The notes under the pieces: model-generated
Database searches by the model: none
The model's input: the letters and a program-made list of their open reading frames with translations, nothing else
What the model was told of the DNA's origin: nothing
Program-made: the position numbers and the translations under genes
Part shown: positions 16,748 to 20,000 of the stretch, piece after piece
Position numbering within the stretch: position 1 is the first letter of the stretch
How the letters are laid out: every line of letters starts with the position of its first letter
Origin: an uncultured virus (IMG/VR IMGVR_UViG_3300021084_000006)
Lineage: Duplodnaviria > Heunggongvirae > Uroviricota > Caudoviricetes
Strand: one strand, 5' to 3'
Virus record (IMG/VR): IMGVR_UViG_3300021084_000006
Span: 51,815 to 71,814 of that record
Length of the DNA: 20,000 nt

Positions 16748-17131
16748 CTATCTTAAATTCATACCGTTAAACTCTCCAATTTCTATACATGATTGTATAG
16801 CTAAATTAAGTTCATCTTTATCACAATCTGCAAAAGATTTACAATACTCTTGTCCATCTCTAACAAAGCATAATCCACATGCTCTTTTTACTTCCATCTT
16901 TGCTTCTATAAATGTGTAGCCAATTTCTTGTGCTATTTCTCTAATCATTGCATGTACACGTGCTAACTGTGGGTTACTACCCTTATCACCACCTACACCA
17001 ATAAATATTTCTAAATTAGAGTCATCAGGTAAACTACCTAACCATTTATTAAATCTGGTTTGAACTGCTTTCTTTGGAAAATACAACTCTCCATTCTTAA
17101 TTGAAGCTTTTATATATAAGTTATCTTTCAT
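16748..17131 (-). CDS. NinB/Orf-like recombination mediator (tentative)
   Basis: SNPQLARVHAMIREIA ... KSFADCDKDELNLAI resembles the NinB pattern RS..QNA.lha...ia / st..l...e....i. Confidence 0.55.
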   Translation of the reverse strand: MKDNLYIKASIKNGELYFPKKAVQTRFNKWLGSLPDDSNLEIFIGVGGDKGSNPQLARVHAMIREIAQEIGYTFIEAKMEVKRACGLCFVRDGQEYCKSFADCDKDELNLAIQSCIEIGEFNGMNLR

Positions 17132-17280
17132 CCTGATATAACATTACCTATTGCACATGTTATTGATACTACTAAAAATATTAGTAGAGTCCAAAAACAT
17201 CCTTTGTATATATTTGATTGTTTTTCAGGTGATCTACCTTGGTTACTTCTGTACTGTCTTATTTTTTTTTCTTTTTTCAT
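17128..17280 (-). CDS. Small single-pass membrane protein, 50 aa (not in ORF track)
   Basis: MKKEKKIRQYRSNQGRSPEKQSNIYKGCFWTLLIFLVVSITCAIGNVISG*: basic N-terminus, hydrophobic C-terminus, ATGA overlap with the next gene. Confidence 0.75.
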   Translation of the reverse strand: MKKEKKIRQYRSNQGRSPEKQSNIYKGCFWTLLIFLVVSITCAIGNVISG

Positions 17281-17372
17281 ATAAACATGTGTTCATCTTG
17301 GTTAGTATTATTACTGTTGTCTTCTGGTTGGTCTAATTGAGTTTCTGGTTCTTTTGGGTCATCTGTTTTCAC
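17277..17372 (-). CDS. Possible tiny acidic peptide, 31 aa (GTG start)
   Basis: (M)KTDDPKEPETQLDQPEDNSNNTNQDEHMFI*. Fills the gap and ends in an ATGA overlap. Confidence 0.45.
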   Translation of the reverse strand: MKTDDPKEPETQLDQPEDNSNNTNQDEHMFI

Positions 17373-17382
17373 GTGATAAGTT

Positions 17383-17943
17383 TTAATTATAAAATTTAGT
17401 TATTGATTCACTTGTAAGTGTATATAAAGGTGCTTTTAAACCTGCTTTCTTTAATCCGTCATTCACCCATGTGTTACAGGTGTAATACCAACGGTAGTTG
17501 TCTTTACCATAATAATAATTTGGCATATATTCTGAATTATAATGTGATTCATCTACATGCTTTTTAATTATTTGGTATTGTTTTTCAGAACACTTAACTG
17601 TTTTCCAATTAAAAGAGTCAAAATAGAAAGTCTTCTGTACACGTACTAAAGTAGAAGGGTCAGTAATCAAAGTTCTATATAATTTTCCTATAGTTAAACT
17701 ATCAAAAGTATCTACTTCTGTAAAGAATACTTTAGATCCCCAACCATATAACTTAAAAACTCCATCTTCTCTTAATACTATATCTACATGTGCACCATTA
17801 TCAGATAAATAAAATTCACGTTCTGATGATTCACTGTAAGATCCAGTAGGTATATAGTGTGCTGCAAACATTATTAGTATAAGAACTAATGATGATACAC
17901 CACAAATTTTTAATATGTCTTTTATTGCCTTTTTAAAATTCAT
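17383..17943 (-). CDS. DUF2459 / TIGR02117-like membrane-anchored protein
   Basis: N-terminal hydrophobic helix, NGAHVDIVL, GWGSKVFF and Y...YTCNTWVNDGLKKAG. Start is 17943 or 17949. Confidence 0.78.
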   Translation of the reverse strand: MNFKKAIKDILKICGVSSLVLILIMFAAHYIPTGSYSESSEREFYLSDNGAHVDIVLREDGVFKLYGWGSKVFFTEVDTFDSLTIGKLYRTLITDPSTLVRVQKTFYFDSFNWKTVKCSEKQYQIIKKHVDESHYNSEYMPNYYYGKDNYRWYYTCNTWVNDGLKKAGLKAPLYTLTSESITKFYN

Positions 17944-18181
17944 GAGCATCTAAAATTTCTTGTTCAAAATCTTCATCTATGAGATTCATGACATCAATAT
18001 TAACGAAGTTACCTGTTCTATCAAGACCACTATACCATACATGAGTTATATCTGCTGATGGTCCATAACCTGGTGTTCCTGGATCTCCATTAGAATCATA
18101 ATATTGATCTGGTTCTCCTGGGTCATAGGTGTACTCAATTGTAACTGATTCACCTGTTTGTGTTATAAGTTCTATTTCCAT
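17933..18181 (-). CDS. Small, very acidic hypothetical protein, 82 aa
   Basis: About 19 Asp/Glu, one Arg and no Lys, with a G/P-rich loop (GDPGTPGYGP). Confidence 0.8.
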   Translation of the reverse strand: MEIELITQTGESVTIEYTYDPGEPDQYYDSNGDPGTPGYGPSADITHVWYSGLDRTGNFVNIDVMNLIDEDFEQEILDAHEF

Positions 18182-18182
18182 A

Positions 18183-18437
18183 TTACATAAATCTTAGTGC
18201 TCCTCCATCAACGTAAACAAACTCTTGCCCACACTCAGTGCACTTAGCATTTGATTCATTACGTAATAAAGAAACTTTGTGACAATTAGGACAAGGAGTT
18301 TCTCCTTCTTCTATGTATTCTTCTATTGCTTTTCTAGCATAGCTGTGTATCATAGAGTCATGAACACCTTTATAAAAAGTGTTGTCTGCTTCCATTTCAT
18401 TTTGTTGCTCAATAAAGAGCTCTTTCATTCTTCCCAT
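18183..18437 (-). CDS. Zinc-ribbon protein, 84 aa
   Basis: CPNC-x12-CTEC near the C-terminus. Confidence 0.8.
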   Translation of the reverse strand: MGRMKELFIEQQNEMEADNTFYKGVHDSMIHSYARKAIEEYIEEGETPCPNCHKVSLLRNESNAKCTECGQEFVYVDGGALRFM

Positions 18438-18440
18438 AGT

Positions 18441-18587
18441 TTACTTTTTTTGACTGTCCATCCAGCATCTACTGCTGCAATAACTTTCATACTCTGAAAG
18501 CTTACCACATTGTAGACACTTATGAACTTTATTAGTTTTAGTTTCTGTCTTTTTATCATCCATCCAACTCCATTCTTGAATACTCAT
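18441..18587 (-). CDS. Small treble-clef-type Zn-finger protein, 48 aa (not in ORF track)
   Basis: MSIQEWSWMDDKKTETKTNKVHKCLQCGKLSEYESYCSSRCWMDSQKK*, pattern CxxC-x8-YCSxxC. Fills the gap almost exactly. Confidence 0.8.
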   Translation of the reverse strand: MSIQEWSWMDDKKTETKTNKVHKCLQCGKLSEYESYCSSRCWMDSQKK

Positions 18588-18588
18588 C

Positions 18589-19689
18589 TTAGTTTTTTAA
18601 AGGATTGTAAAATTTAATTTTAGAATTGTCAAAATCTTTCAAAGCATTGGTGACCCATGTCTCATCTTGTGTACCTGTATAACATAGTATATGACATACT
18701 GCTGTTTCAGATGGATTAAGTCTTAGCAATCTACCTATTCTTTGTGAAGATTTTCTCTCATTACCATATGCATGCATAATAATACCTTGTTTAAGGTTTG
18801 GAATTGTAACACCTTCTGATAATTGTAACACGCATGATAACTTATCAATTCTACCATCAGAGAATAATTCTAGATTCTCTTCTGATTTTGCATTACCAGA
18901 GTGATAACTATGCTTGCATAACTTATCTGCTTGTTTTTGTGTGTTAGCAAATATAATGCACTTACTACCTAAGTTAGAAGTTAATGATTTAACATAATCT
19001 TCTTTAGTAGAATAATCCATCAATGCTTTCATTCTCATGATTGCAGCAAATTGTCTTTGCTTTGGTGTATTGGCATCTGCATAACGCTTTGTAGAATAAC
19101 CATAATCCAAAAATTCTGATGTCCACCAAAAACCTCCATTTTTATTCTTCTTCTTTAATGTCTTAAGTTTAGACAACTGTAGTTGATGAACAAAAATTTT
19201 ATAGTTGTTTAGTATTTTAGAATCTGTTGCATCATCTACACTAAATGTAAACTTGATAGGGCAATACTTTTTAACCATTCTACCTTTTACAGAATCAGCA
19301 CGCTTTGGTGGTGTACCTGTTAAACCTAATATTTTACCTGTAAATACAGACAAAAATGGCTCATGTGATTCTAATAAGCTATGACATTCATCTAAATAAA
19401 CTATATCATAGTCATTTGGATTCTGTTTGTTTATAGATAAATATGTTGTAAACGTTATATGTTTAACTAAACCTTCTAAGTTCATTTTATCTAATTCATC
19501 AATCCAAGACTGGGCTACTGAATGTTTTGGTATTACTACCAATGCTTTTATGAAAGGATTATAGTTTCTTTGTAAGTGTTGTATAGCAATTCTTGTCTTA
19601 CCTACACCCATAGATATGCCTAAACCACATCTTTTATGTTGTGCAGCTATAGATAATGCATCTGCTTGTACTATTTCTCTTTTAGTCAT
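18589..19689 (-). CDS. Superfamily 2 DExH helicase (UvsW/ResIII-like)
   Basis: GVGKT, DECH, LTGTP, IIFAN, LSEGVTIP and QRIGRLLR motifs. Confidence 0.92.
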   Translation of the reverse strand: MTKREIVQADALSIAAQHKRCGLGISMGVGKTRIAIQHLQRNYNPFIKALVVIPKHSVAQSWIDELDKMNLEGLVKHITFTTYLSINKQNPNDYDIVYLDECHSLLESHEPFLSVFTGKILGLTGTPPKRADSVKGRMVKKYCPIKFTFSVDDATDSKILNNYKIFVHQLQLSKLKTLKKKNKNGGFWWTSEFLDYGYSTKRYADANTPKQRQFAAIMRMKALMDYSTKEDYVKSLTSNLGSKCIIFANTQKQADKLCKHSYHSGNAKSEENLELFSDGRIDKLSCVLQLSEGVTIPNLKQGIIMHAYGNERKSSQRIGRLLRLNPSETAVCHILCYTGTQDETWVTNALKDFDNSKIKFYNPLKN

Positions 19690-19730
19690 AATTATTACAT
19701 GAATTTTTTAATTTTTTAGATTTATAAAGG

Positions 19731-19804
19731 TGCACCCTACAGGACTTGAACCTGTGACCTTTTCATTATGAGTGAATTGCTCTAACCAACTGAGCTAAGA
19801 GTGC
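19731..19804 (-). tRNA. tRNA with CAT anticodon (Ile2/lysidine or elongator Met)
   Basis: Acceptor stem GCACTCT/AGGGTGC, D arm TAGCTCAGTTGGTTAGAGC, anticodon loop CTCATAA, T arm GGTTCAAGTCC. Followed by CCT, not CCA. Confidence 0.92.
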
Positions 19805-19893
19805 TGGTAGCCGGAGTGGGATTTGAACCCACACGGACATTGCTGTCCAAAGGATTTTAAGTCCTTCATGTCTACCAATTTCATCATCCGGCC
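19805..19893 (-). tRNA. tRNA-Leu(TAA)
   Basis: Acceptor stem GGCCGGA/TCCGGCT, anticodon arm AAGGA-CTTAAAA-TCCTT, long variable arm GGACA-GCAA-TGTCC, encoded CCA. Confidence 0.95.
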
Positions 19894-19898
19894 AACAG

Positions 19899-19972
19899 TG
19901 ATCCCACAAGGACTTGAACCTTGAACCTACAGCTTAGAAGGCTGTTGCTCTATCCAATTGAGCTATAGGACC
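19899..19972 (-). tRNA. tRNA-Arg(TCT)
   Basis: Acceptor stem GGTCCTA/TGGGATC, anticodon arm ACAGC-CTTCTAA-GCTGT, T arm GGTTCAAGTCC. Confidence 0.95.
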
Positions 19973-19979
19973 TGATGAT

Positions 19980-19987
19980 CAAATTTA
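19980..19987 (-). promoter_or_regulatory. Putative -7 promoter element for the tRNA cluster
   Basis: Minus strand TAAATTTG, 7 nt upstream of the first base of tRNA-Arg. Any -33 element would lie outside the window. Confidence 0.55.
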
Positions 19988-20000
19988 AATCCTCTTTTCA

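Noticed and set aside
2668..18497. Short plus-strand ORFs in the track (2668, 2882, 4838, 5133, 6440, 8178, 8342, 10859, 11723, 12952, 17151, 18279)
   Set aside because: They are antisense shadows of well-supported minus-strand genes, with the S/L/F/I-rich composition typical of reverse-strand translation.
19731..19972. tRNAs as a prophage attachment site or host boundary
   Set aside because: No integrase or duplicated tRNA 3' end in the window. The tRNAs are co-oriented with the phage genes, so they are most simply phage-encoded.
1..20000. Stop-codon reassignment, as in some crAss-like phages
   Set aside because: Genes are intact under the standard code. TAG ends genes cleanly (4174, 9813, 11518, 16748), TGA is used in ATGA overlaps, and there is no suppressor tRNA among the three seen.

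Overview
AT-rich, densely packed, almost entirely minus-strand DNA replication/recombination/repair region of a tailed dsDNA phage, probably infecting Bacteroidota and crAss-like or related. The host inference rests on TAnnTTTG promoter elements and A-rich translation starts without Shine-Dalgarno sequences. In transcription order (right to left): tRNA-Arg(TCT), tRNA-Leu(TAA), tRNA(CAT); SF2 helicase; small Zn-finger and acidic proteins; DUF2459-like protein; NinB-like protein; a lone plus-strand gene; uracil-DNA glycosylase; standalone DnaA-domain-IV protein; initiator-like protein; DnaB helicase; Sak4-like ATPase; probable SSB; primase; RusA-like resolvase; a five-gene module (small ORF, HEXXH/vWA protein, MoxR-like AAA+ ATPase, two paralogous BRCT-like proteins); PD-(D/E)XK nuclease; hypotheticals; a hidden 48-aa Fis-type HTH; family B DNA polymerase; PhoH. 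The best candidate for an undescribed system is the MoxR-vWA module, whose three flanking proteins share a helical motif. Five small ORFs below the ORF-track cutoff were found by hand translation. All family calls come from motif recognition; no database searches were run.
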